A stretch of DNA of 48,257 nt, taken from an uncultured Bacteroidales bacterium (GTDB lineage: Bacteria; Bacteroidota; Bacteroidia; Bacteroidales; CAYFUP01). The stretch spans positions 1 to 48,257 of the forward strand of contig CAYFUP010000002.1 in assembly GCA_964346235.1 (NCBI GenBank), given 5' to 3'. The translations under genes and the position numbers were made by a program. Under the pieces are notes generated by a model, which saw only the letters and a list, made by a program, of their open reading frames with translations, had not been told where the DNA came from and made no database searches. Shown here piece after piece: positions 30,201 through 36,181 of the stretch. The number at the start of each line of letters is the position of its first letter. Within the stretch, counting starts at the first letter, position 1.

Positions 30201-33103
30201 AGAACGGCTGTATCAAAGATACGGTGGTCATTATAGGCGGTTCAGATCTGCTTGAAATTCAGGTGGAAGTCCTCTCAGATGTGCTTTGCCATGGAGATAA
30301 TACCGGCAGGCTTTCCATTCAGACGTTTAATGCAGAAGGTGCTATCAATTACCGGATCGAGGGCGTTCAGACGGACAGCATTTATCTGTTCGAGACGGAT
30401 TCGACCAGCATTGCCGTCAGTGAACTGTTTGCTGATGAATACCGCATTACAGTGAGGGACTCAGCCTATAAAGCATCCAGTCAGACGATAACCGTTAACC
30501 AACCCGAACGCTTAAGATTTGACAGCATTCATTCCATAGCTGTTCGACATGAAGACACCCTCGGCAGCCTTGAAATATTTGCCGGCGGGGGAACACAACC
30601 ATATTCTTATTACCTGAGCGGTACCGGTCAGCCTTTTGAACCTACGGTTAATCCGTTCATCGATAGTCTCCTTCCGGGCTATTACGGAATCGGTTTAACA
30701 GATGACAATGGCTGCCGCATCGATACCGCTGCGATTGTCAGGGGCATTGACACCATCGACACGGATGTTGATGTGCAAAACATCCTTTGTCATGGCAACA
30801 GCTCAGGGATCATCACCATAGCCCCGCGTGACTCCGGATTATTTGAATATACCATAGCCAGCGTGTCGGCTATATACGACACCATCCTGGATACTGCCTG
30901 GGTAAAAGACAGGTTGCTGGCTGACACGTACAGGATATTTGTGGAAGATACCAACCTGAATACCTTCGATACCTTGGTGATCATTTCTCAGCCGGTTGCT
31001 CCTGTGACGGTTGACAGCATCGTGACCACGCCGTTTGTCAGCGCTGACAGTCTCGGAACCATCACCGTCTTTGCCCATGGTGGCACAGGGGATTTATCAT
31101 ATGCCTTGCAGGACGAAGACAGGTATCAGGATGATTCGGTGTTTGCAGACTTAAGACCCGGAATTTACGAGGTGTATGTGAGGGATTCCAATGAATGTAC
31201 GGTCATGCGTACCGTCAAAATCACCGGGGAAGATACCCTGGATGCCAATATCGCATCAGTAAAACCTGTTTCCTGTGAAGCGGCAAATAACGGAGGCTTT
31301 GTCATTGCCATCACCGATTCCCTAAAAAGTGACAGTGTGAGTTATTGGGTGAATGGCGTTTCCTTATATATCAATGACACCACCGTTCAGGACACCATAC
31401 GGATAGATTCCCTTTCGATGGGCACCTATGAGTTCCTGGCTGTGGATTCATCAGGAAAGTCCTTTGAAGCCACCGTTGAAGTCCGGGGACCGGAAACACC
31501 CATTCGGATAGATACCATCCTGGCAGAACATGCCAGCAATTTATTTGATCAATTCCCGGGTGCGCTTACCATCCATGCTTCCGGAGGAATGGAAGGAGAA
31601 TTGCGCCAGGTAGAAGTTTACAAACAGGGGGGGTTAGTAAAGGATACCATTGTACAAAGCGACACCATAATTATAGATAGCCTGAGCGCCGGCAATTACG
31701 AAGTTTATCTGAGGGCCGGTGAATCACCGGAGAATTGCTATGTGACGGATAGTGCGGAAATCCTGCCTCCTTTGAATGTCATCATCACCCATAAAGACAT
31801 TACCTGTAACGGGGATGAGGACGGAGAAATGCGCATCGCCATTGAAGATACCTCAGCCCTGCCTTTGTTTGATTTTAAGATATATGATAATGAGGACTTT
31901 TATGCCGGCCAGGATACTACGGTAGTAGAGATTATCATCAAAGAAGGGGGCCAGGTTCCGATAAGCATAACCGACAGCCTTTCCAGAAGGTTCGATACCA
32001 CGGTGTTTGTCTTTGAGCCGGATTCCATCGGGGTTGTCAACACCGTCATCGATAAACCGTTTTGCAACAAGTATGCAGTAGGTGCACCCGAAGGGGTCAT
32101 CACCCTCGATAGTGTAAAAGGGGGACGGTCGCCTTATACTTATGAATGGTATAAATACAACGAAACGGCACAGGACTTTCAGTTGCTGAGTATCGACTCG
32201 GTGGCTTCGAAGGACAGCCTTTCCAGGGGATTGTATGAGGTGAGCATCATTGATACCATGGGCTGTATGCATACCAGGCGCTATGATCTTCAACCGGTGA
32301 CCGACGCTTCCAATGAGGTATTCATTGACAGTGTGTATGCCGGCGAAAACATGGAGATTTGTCCGGATAAGCCAATAACCCTGGATGGCTATATCGATCC
32401 GCTTTCATTGGGAAGGGATATCAACACCATCCAATGGATAAGAGAGTCAGATGAAAGCATCATTGCCAACAGGCCCGATCCGGAAAATGAAGTGTATCCT
32501 TTAAGGAACGGATACACAGAAACCTATACCCTGATGGTCAGCAATGATAAGTGTTATGATTCATCTTCTTTCAATGTGAAGGTGTATGAACAGATCGGCA
32601 TCGACCTGGCAGCAGAGGATACTGTGGTATTCAGGGGCGATTCGGTGAAACTGTATTCCAATCCGTGGTTCAATGTTTATCAATGGGAGCCGGTTGAATA
32701 CCTGAGCGATACCAACATATCCAATCCTTATGCCAAACCCATGGTGGATACCGTATGGTACGAGTTAACTGCCTATACGGTGAATGAATGTATGGAGCAT
32801 GACTCCATCCGGATTCTGATGGTTACCAATGATAATTATGAGCCCGCCAATGCATTCACACCGAATGGAGATGGCATTCATGACAAATGGGAACTGCCAC
32901 ATCCCGAAGATGTGGATGAGGTGGAAATATATAACCGGTGGGGGGAACGAATTTTCTATTCAAAAGAATATGACAGTGATAAGGCGTTTGATGGAAATGC
33001 TGCAAATGGAAAACCATTGCCTACCGGAACCTATTATTATATCATTAAATTTAAATATGGGGATGTAAAACCGGAAACAGGAACCATAACGATAGTGAGG
33101 TAG
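18224..33103 (+). CDS. Giant (4959 aa) SprB-like cell-surface repeat adhesin with a T9SS type-B C-terminal domain
   Basis: One uninterrupted ORF. The parts in order are: signal peptide MPSNYKSYILLIIGFFSSLALHA; 3 SprB repeats; 16 exact 91-aa repeats plus 1 degenerate; a proprotein-convertase P-domain-like segment; ~32 SprB-type modules (CxGxxxGxI...GGxxPYxY...DxNGC); and the C-terminus NAFTPNGDGIHDKW...IYNRWGERIF...GTYYYII...GTITIVR, the gliding-motility CTD (TIGR04131/CHU_C type). Confidence 0.9.
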   Translation: MPSNYKSYILLIIGFFSSLALHAIDVSLDTTSVTCNGSNDGIVHTMVTNDNNPPYDYYLYDVFPGGNPVDSIKSTPSKDTAFHDLSGDKYTVLVSNSNDDIAARSIQLREPDPLSIDSLPCIQRLTCFYGSDAKLQANVSGGNGGNTYRWYKDTLGSYQLINQDSAVLTNVHQSNYVVAVEDKNGCTDSSEVINFISFFPDYADSIPDAQIQQDSVNSTDACQGQNNGEIRIYFSGGTGSLEYAVVRDGSGDTTNWGSSNTISGLQPGTYRVYVRDAFGCIKKKDDGDVVIGEIPAPAVDAGSDEETCEDTQFDLSGSATVPTASNYSSLSWNDGGTGGSFDDNTSLTPVYTPPADFSGSITLTLTATGNANCNPVSDNMELTVTARPAADAGSDEQTCKNTDFDLSNASTEPTASDYSSLSWDDGGAGGSFDDNTLLTPVYTPPNGFTGDITLTLTADGSGSCSQVNDIMTLTVVESPIANAGSNEETCEDTPFDLSASTTVPSASNYSSLSWDDGGAGGSFDDATSLTPVYTPPTGFTGTITLTLTANGNANCSPDTDDMDLTVTAKPSVDAGSDEQTCQDASLNLAGSSSIPTASNYSSLTWSDGGAGGSFDDETLLRPVYTPPNGFTGDIALTLTADGNGSCDPVNDDMTLAVLEGPAANAGSDEETCRDIAVDLGNSAVVPTASNYNSLSWDDDGTGGTFDDNTNLTPVYTPPNGFSGTITLILTANGGANCDPAKDTMELTVHASPIANAGSNEETCEDLPFDLSGSTSVPTASNYSSLSWSDGGAGGSFDDNTGITPVYTPPAGVSGNITLTLTAFGNASCNSTSDDMELTVTAQPAADAGSNEQTCINSGFDLTTSGTLPSASNYSSLSWSDGGAGGTFDDETTLRPVYTPPNGFTGNITLTLTASGNGSCSPVTDNMTLNVVQGPTANAGSDEETCQDVAMDLSTSFTVPTASNYSSLYWSDGGTGGSFDDSTRLTPVYTPPAGFSGTLTLTLTVNGNANCSPATDAMDLAVTAKPSVDAGSDEQTCQGVAFDLSGSGTVPTASDYGSLSWDDGGIGGSFDDNTALTPTYTPPAAYTGNITLSLTASGNGSCAAVNDDMTLNVLAGPTANAGSDEQTCQDISFDLSASSVVPSASNYSSLVWTDGGAGGSFSDETTLTPVYTPPIGFSGNITLTLTANGNANCGPVSDDMILSVEAAPSANAGSDEETCQDASFDLSGSATVPTASNYSSLSWSDEGAGGSFDDNSTLTPVYTPPAGFTGTLTLTLTANGNASCNPVTDAMELTVTPQPQADAGSDEETCKDTPFDISASASVPTASEYSSLSWNDDGTGGAFDDNTLLTPTYTPPAGFTGSIELILVANGNGSCAPVSDTMTLTVLEEPAANAGSDEETCQAASFDLSASATNPTASDYSALTWSDDGAGGSFTGGTTLTPVYTPPAGFSGTINLILTATGNANCSPARDTMDLTVTAQPIADAGSDEQTCQNNDFDLANSASVPSASNYSSLSWSDDGAGGSFVNGSTLTPVYTPPVGFTGEIDLILTANGNGSCGPVNDTMNLTILEGPSANAGSDEETCQDVSFDLSASATVPAASNYSGLIWDDDGAGGSFNDNTSLTPTYTPPVGFTGNISLIIMANGNANCSPATDTMLLTVNAAPTADAGSNEATCQNVPFDLSTGATVPSASNYSALSWNDGGEGGSFDDNTAIHPVYTPPVDYTGTIILTLTADGNANCNPVSDNMQLTVNASPISEAGNDTSICYGDSVQILTADSVNASTIGWTSSGDGTFNDSSLINPYYNPGINDLNSGSVKLYLHVNGRGTCSGIEVIDSMNLAIPAQLKASVGAPSPFANNISANTRISVSFNVEGHHYIQDVSYYLVAPDGTKIKMKEQPADPNCGIDPFFGFRLPCNTAKNADITFTTEANPNDTLTVCDCSGGYNEDLSGTFAITGDWTPLYGQDPANGSWGIEIVDKQNNALGPVEELTGSIIFRDTTEAGDTVSLVYESYGPRDINEAGITTYTLSRGLRVSCNGACDAEAIVQASGGTPPYDFTWSGSETINNNGDTLYLCAGNYTLTVTDALGCTDMIPVEVTEPEALIFKGISYTDSICEFSSAGEITVDSAGGGTGNVTVSINGTDFYPLPHTFSNLGIGDHRISLSDDNKCIEDTIITIHRIDSMRFDLEVTPLTCAEDLGSILIKNIRGGTPSLFSIDDTLHFEPDDGFGGYTFQQFGNDSALFSGLPGDSNYITAIKSSIGCVTYGDTISLVKPDTLVFDSLYYDDSIKVENGDTINLLVAGDSAQIEIFAHGGAGELSYFLADTGTAIHDSLFTADSVFNLHAGVYYTAVSDSNGCQKLGDTLLVTQPDSILIDTVITENILCHGDSSGVIQISASGGTLPLRYWLTAEDTIYRGPQSDTVFTDLPADTFTVVAADTNGFTNVNETVVIISQPDELLTDDALFNITCFGAGNGRIEIEPSGGAAPYDYSIDSANSYFALNQTGRLDTTGLLPGTYPVAVRDTNGCISYGNRFTLAEPDSIAIDSVYHNMTKYQSGDTIAFACAGETTDMTIFARGGSGTLEYFLQDTSVAVQDGLFAEDSVFTVGAGVYYLVVRDSSNCERYGDTIPVVELSDSIMVHDISVNTILCHGDSSGIISVDSVTGGWGGYQYSLDGVDYQDDSLFTGLLAGKHYVYVRDSMGCLAVDSVEINQPPELEIDTIIKEDIRLDTLGTIIIGASGGIRPFEYALDGPTDFDFGADSAYIDTLLPGKYDVFVRDANGCLDSAIVLIVGDSLNGEVNILSHALCNGSNEGSLEINIFNGTGIINYAIEGITGGTEYLHEGTTDASWQQDGLMADSYVITVVDQENKLFTDTVEITEPSAIRFDSVVTTPASGGNGGSITIFADGGTKPYQYSIYGDTTDNYQQDSSMTGLKPGIYSVFVMDTNGCKIDTSVTIISDDILDHSIIVKQVTCFGDEDGEIAITPVNNQGEVEYRLSFDSRNIISYSENQMVFNNLAPNTYDLFMVDTAYKYFDTTLVISQPSAPVTIDSVQKQNVVAANPGAIEIFAHGGRGSLEYSVYGDVDTAYHSGSQFNGLSSGLYEVFVRDSNLCSDDTLVTILSEDTLDINITVTPALCHGSGTGTINLEPVDNAGEVTYIFSGAIQDTVASDTTVAITNLLAGDYGLFARDTAGQTFDTLIRVQEPDQLNIDNLVTEDMRGDTLGSIFIGASGGTKPYQYKIYSDSAYTSDSAYVDTLRPGIYEVFVMDANGCMDSVKTYISGSRQLDVKDTIMSHVACHGSNEGSILMEVFNGMGPIEYAIDGTDTRYEFESTDSTWQKDDLYADTYVVTVRDDSNQSFIDTLIITEPAALKFDSITTIAADSVNNGSMNLFAGGGIPPYEYAIGRDSLLPFVDTSGFDNLKPGRYSVMLRDSNLCTKDTLVVIRGEDTIRTTISVKHVTCYADEDGAITVIPLNSSGEVEYQLQYGNTNIIAFESDTQRFEALGPDEYYLSMVDTANKFFDTTLTVGRPDDPVSIDSVVQNQISMGILDTMMVYAHGGRGDLDYRIESDTLSRSQEDSVFTGLPINIYKVFAADSNGCMDSALVKVKTDSLLDMNVVRSNVTCAGGMNGAFEFTPLDNNGPVTYRVVAQVLPFDTTYSSAQPFVLDSLMADTYVILAWDTSIVPKMLDTTLVISEPDPINYSITKQNESNINPGSVTIHATGGLGDLEYSLDSGTVFRDTNYFDGLAAGTYHMVIRSSLDTLCSVRDSINILQQLDVNVATQPVACHEAGNGSVAITITDSEALLPIRYVINGDTTVSNAMSHSTDTLEGGIYQINILDSINRRFDTSITVIEPDPVNISSFEVNDVLCHGDTTGSVSVTAISGGWFVYEYSLNGMNYQDSSAFYGLPAGEYTLFARDSAGCVANPRDFEIQEPAEIELNITTRDAMGPDSLGVIDIASTGGTGSHQTRIHEDSAFTDSNLYEGLQPGYYDVGVLDENGCIKDTVVIIGGSDLLEIQVEVLSDVLCHGDNTGRLSIQTFNAEGAINYRIEGVQTDSIYLFETDSTSIAVSELFADEYRITVRDSAYKASSQTITVNQPERLRFDSIHSIAVRHEDTLGSLEIFAGGGTQPYSYYLSGTGQPFEPTVNPFIDSLLPGYYGIGLTDDNGCRIDTAAIVRGIDTIDTDVDVQNILCHGNSSGIITIAPRDSGLFEYTIASVSAIYDTILDTAWVKDRLLADTYRIFVEDTNLNTFDTLVIISQPVAPVTVDSIVTTPFVSADSLGTITVFAHGGTGDLSYALQDEDRYQDDSVFADLRPGIYEVYVRDSNECTVMRTVKITGEDTLDANIASVKPVSCEAANNGGFVIAITDSLKSDSVSYWVNGVSLYINDTTVQDTIRIDSLSMGTYEFLAVDSSGKSFEATVEVRGPETPIRIDTILAEHASNLFDQFPGALTIHASGGMEGELRQVEVYKQGGLVKDTIVQSDTIIIDSLSAGNYEVYLRAGESPENCYVTDSAEILPPLNVIITHKDITCNGDEDGEMRIAIEDTSALPLFDFKIYDNEDFYAGQDTTVVEIIIKEGGQVPISITDSLSRRFDTTVFVFEPDSIGVVNTVIDKPFCNKYAVGAPEGVITLDSVKGGRSPYTYEWYKYNETAQDFQLLSIDSVASKDSLSRGLYEVSIIDTMGCMHTRRYDLQPVTDASNEVFIDSVYAGENMEICPDKPITLDGYIDPLSLGRDINTIQWIRESDESIIANRPDPENEVYPLRNGYTETYTLMVSNDKCYDSSSFNVKVYEQIGIDLAAEDTVVFRGDSVKLYSNPWFNVYQWEPVEYLSDTNISNPYAKPMVDTVWYELTAYTVNECMEHDSIRILMVTNDNYEPANAFTPNGDGIHDKWELPHPEDVDEVEIYNRWGERIFYSKEYDSDKAFDGNAANGKPLPTGTYYYIIKFKYGDVKPETGTITIVR
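19121..23488 (+). repeat. Intragenic tandem array: 16 units of exactly 273 nt (91 aa); a 17th degenerate unit follows at 23489-~23750
   Basis: Unit starts ((D/N)AGS(D/N)E.TC) are at 19121, 19394, 19667, 19940, 20213, 20486, 20759, 21032, 21305, 21578, 21851, 22124, 22397, 22670, 22943 and 23216. Every spacing is 273 nt. Confidence 0.95.
26402..31555 (+). repeat. Intragenic super-repeats: three six-module SprB-type blocks (26402-27874, 27875-29347, 30065-31555) with a 3-module spacer
   Basis: Landmarks are LGTIIIGASGG at 26402, LGSIFIGASGG at 27875 and LGVIDIASTGG at 30065. Blocks I and II are each exactly 1473 nt and block III is 1491 nt. The order of module types is conserved. Confidence 0.8.
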
Positions 33104-33106
33104 AAC

Positions 33107-34027
33107 ATGAAGCAGGTTAGAATTTACATATCAGCATGTGTGATATTGTTAACCGGAATGATGGGGGCCAGGGCACAACAAATGCCGCAGTTTACCCAAT
33201 ACATGATGAACAGCTATGTCATCAATCCCGCCGTGGCCGGAACATACAATCACTACAAGATTAAGCTGAACGGCAGGTACCAGTGGCTGGGATTTCCCGA
33301 ATCAGCGCCGCAGGATTTATTTTTCAGTGTATATGGTCCTTCTGAAACCCAGGATATGGGGTGGGGGGGACTGGTTTATTCCGATGTGACCGGTCCGACC
33401 AGCAGGCTTGGTATGCTCGGGTCCTATGCCTACAATGTGAGTCTCCATGAAGATATGAGACTCTCTATGGGGGCTTCCCTTGGCGTGAACCAATATAAGA
33501 TAAGCTTTTCACAGTTAAATTCCGGAACTAATATTTATGATCCGAAGTTGCCCAGTGTCGATCAGGCTGCCTGGGTTCCGGATGCCAACATAGGATTATA
33601 TTTGTGGTCTACTTCCTATTATGCGGGTTTCTCAGCGCATCAGCTTATCAGGAACAAACTCGACCTGGTGGAGGACATCGACTCGGATACCATTTCGGGA
33701 ATCAACCGGTTGAAAGTGCATTTTTACCTGACCGGGGGATATGCGTTTATTTTGAGTGACGAATATATTCTAGAAACCTTTGCCATGGTCAAAGGACTCA
33801 CTCCTGTGCCCATACAATGGGAGCTGAGTGCCAAGATGACTTATAACAGAATGTTTTGGGGAGGAATATCTTACAGACACAAAGATGCTTTATCTTTTCT
33901 TACCGGCATATCATATGAGAAATACGGACTGGGAATATCTTATGATTTCTTGTTATCGGAAATAAGAAAATGGGGGACCGGATCGGTCGAAATCATGATA
34001 AGCTACCGCTTTGATGATATTAAATAA
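33107..34027 (+). CDS. PorP/SprF family type IX secretion system membrane protein
   Basis: 306 aa. A signal peptide is followed by AQQMPQFTQYMMNSYVINPAVAGT, the family hallmark. The sequence looks like a beta-barrel throughout. It starts 3 nt after the giant ORF stop. Confidence 0.9.
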   Translation: MKQVRIYISACVILLTGMMGARAQQMPQFTQYMMNSYVINPAVAGTYNHYKIKLNGRYQWLGFPESAPQDLFFSVYGPSETQDMGWGGLVYSDVTGPTSRLGMLGSYAYNVSLHEDMRLSMGASLGVNQYKISFSQLNSGTNIYDPKLPSVDQAAWVPDANIGLYLWSTSYYAGFSAHQLIRNKLDLVEDIDSDTISGINRLKVHFYLTGGYAFILSDEYILETFAMVKGLTPVPIQWELSAKMTYNRMFWGGISYRHKDALSFLTGISYEKYGLGISYDFLLSEIRKWGTGSVEIMISYRFDDIK

Positions 34028-34127
34028 AGCATGGTTGTGTTGGTTGAATGTCATTGCATGTTAGGGATAAACACCATCATGTAAGCATCATATTTATAGG
34101 ATATATATAAATGATATTTTAAGATCA

Positions 34128-34838
34128 ATGAATAAAACGAGACATCTGGTGGTCCTTTCAGGCTCAGGTATCAGTGCGGAATCGGGATTAAAGACTTTCC
34201 GGGATATGGGGGGATTGTGGGAACAATACAGTGTATATGAAGTGGCTACCCCGGAAGCATTTGAACGAAATCCTGAATTGGTATTGTCGTTTTATAATGA
34301 GCGCCGGAAACAATTGGATTATACCGAACCCAACCATGCGCATATGGCATTGGCCCGGCTGGAAGAAAGGCTGCCTGTAAGCATTATTACACAAAATGTA
34401 GATGATTTGCACGAGCGTGCCGGCAGCTCCAGGGTTATTCATTTGCATGGGGAACTAAAAAAAGCCAGGAGCACCGGTGATTCCTCCCTGATTTATGATA
34501 TTGACAGTAAAGACATAACATTGGGAGATACCTGCGAGAAAGGATTTCAATTAAGGCCCCATGTGGTATGGTTTGGTGAGCCTGTGCCCATGATGGATAA
34601 AGCCATGGAAGAGGTTTCGAAAGCGGATATATTCCTGGTTGTCGGCACCTCCCTGAATGTTTACCCTGCCGCTGGTTTACTGCATTTTGTCAGTCATGAT
34701 ACTCCCATCTTTCTTGTTGATCCGGCTGAAGTGGATAATCCCCTCAACCGGAAAGTGATTTTTATAAAAGAAAAAGCCACCACGGGAATTCTTAAGTTTA
34801 ACCAGTTGGTTGATGAGCTTTTGGCCCATTGGTCCTAA
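34128..34838 (+). CDS. cobB: Sir2-family NAD-dependent protein deacylase
   Basis: 236 aa. Motifs are LSGSGISAESGLKTFRD..GLW, ITQNVDDLHERAGS, HLHGEL and VVGTSLNVYPAAGL. The canonical four zinc-ribbon cysteines are absent. Confidence 0.8.
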   Translation: MNKTRHLVVLSGSGISAESGLKTFRDMGGLWEQYSVYEVATPEAFERNPELVLSFYNERRKQLDYTEPNHAHMALARLEERLPVSIITQNVDDLHERAGSSRVIHLHGELKKARSTGDSSLIYDIDSKDITLGDTCEKGFQLRPHVVWFGEPVPMMDKAMEEVSKADIFLVVGTSLNVYPAAGLLHFVSHDTPIFLVDPAEVDNPLNRKVIFIKEKATTGILKFNQLVDELLAHWS

Positions 34839-34975
34839 ACACTTTGAAAAACACTGGTCCTATGTACCTGGAAAAACAAAAAGCCCCATTACAAAAGCTC
34901 AGAAAAAACAAGATATGATGCTCCACTTTTTAAAAACTTTTCTGATGCCATGGAACACTCATCAAACATCATGCA

Positions 34976-35140
34976 CAACAAAGATATGAACCAAGCTTGT
35001 GAGCTAGCCGGAGGAAAAAGAGCTTACGGGCTAAGCCAAAGGCAAAAGAGTATAGAAATTCGCCGGAGGCAAATGAGCCAGCGAATTAGTCGAGGCAAAA
35101 GAACGTATAAAGTTGCCAAAGGTAAAGAAACATCAGGGAC
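34976..35140 (+). repeat. Array of five ~27-nt purine-rich units, copy B (homologous to 8596-8725)
   Basis: AGG cores are at 35012, 35040, 35067, 35093 and 35120, with spacings of 28, 27, 26 and 27. 34994-35023 matches 8640-8669 at 25/30. The lead-in CAACAAAG..TGAA is shared. Confidence 0.8.
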
Positions 35141-35290
35141 TGCATACGAATGGAAACCCGGAAGTTAATGTTAAAACCAGAAATATCATTGAAATACAAC
35201 AGATTCATTAAGCGTTTATGTCGTATTAAGGGAGTAGAAAGCAGATGCCAGCCCTTCCCACCGGTTTTTCTGAGAAAACTCTCAAAAATC

Positions 35291-35971
35291 ATGATCCCAT
35301 GCATCATGATCCATCTCATGTCTTGCTCTTCCCTTCATTCTCAGGGATTCAAGGGAGGATTATTGGCTGGTATCACCACCTCGCAAGTGGATGGGGACAA
35401 CATGAGCGGATACAACAAATTTGGCTTTCAGGGCGGCGTGTTTGTAAAAACCTATTTCAATCCCGGGAACTTATCTGCATTTACGTTTCAATATACCGGG
35501 AAAGCAGGGGATACCACGGATGTTGTTTTGAAACCCAGATGGGCTTTACAGTTGGGATTAAAATATGCCGGTAAGGGAGCTGCCAACCGCTTTGATCCGG
35601 ATAATCCGGTAATCAGGCAAAACATTCTTCATTATGTTGAATTTCCTGTATTGATGAATTATTATTATCATGACAAATGGTTCTTTGAAGGAGGCTTGAT
35701 ACCGGGTTATTTAAACAAATCTATCAGCAAAGTGCTTGGAAACACTTCAACAAACAGCCGTGATTACAATAAGTTTGATTTGGCCGGGGCATTGGGTGTA
35801 AACTATCTCTTCAGTCCGCAAATTTGGCTGAACATGCGTTTTTCTTATTCGCTTTTCCCATTTTATAAGACGCAGGCCTTTTCTAATTGCAGACCTGCAT
35901 ATGCCAGCGGTTGCTTTTTTAACAATGTCATTCGCTTTGGGTTATATTACCAGTTCAGATATAAAAGATAA
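35291..35971 (+). CDS. Outer-membrane beta-barrel (porin-family, OMP_b-brl_2-like) protein
   Basis: The ATG at 35291 gives the short signal MIPCIMIHLMSCSSLHSQ, then GFKGGLLAGITTSQVDGD and alternating strands ending FGLYYQFRYKR. The ORF-track start at 35150 would add a non-signal-like 47 aa. Confidence 0.6.
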   Translation: MIPCIMIHLMSCSSLHSQGFKGGLLAGITTSQVDGDNMSGYNKFGFQGGVFVKTYFNPGNLSAFTFQYTGKAGDTTDVVLKPRWALQLGLKYAGKGAANRFDPDNPVIRQNILHYVEFPVLMNYYYHDKWFFEGGLIPGYLNKSISKVLGNTSTNSRDYNKFDLAGALGVNYLFSPQIWLNMRFSYSLFPFYKTQAFSNCRPAYASGCFFNNVIRFGLYYQFRYKR

Positions 35972-36181
35972 TGAAAGGCACTTCTTAACAATTTATTGAT
36001 ACAAAATTGATATTTAATTATGAATTAAATACTCTGCTTAATCAATAATTTTTGTAAGTTTGAACTAACATTGTGAACATTTACATGTTTATACCGTATA
36101 ACGAAAAAGAAGAGGCTTGAGGCAGATAGTTGAATAATAGTATTTTATAATAGAGGATCTAAATTTTCAAAACATCACCCA

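Noticed and set aside
34128-34838. Sir2 gene as part of an anti-phage system (Thoeris, DSR or SIR2-HerA type)
   Set aside because: It is a short canonical sirtuin catalytic core with no fused sensor domain and no partner genes. Its neighbours are a T9SS component and an OMP gene.
34950-35168. 72-aa plus-strand ORF rich in K/R/Q
   Set aside because: It reads homologous repeat units in two different phases, so the conserved signal is nucleotide-level. It is most likely a by-product of the purine-rich array.
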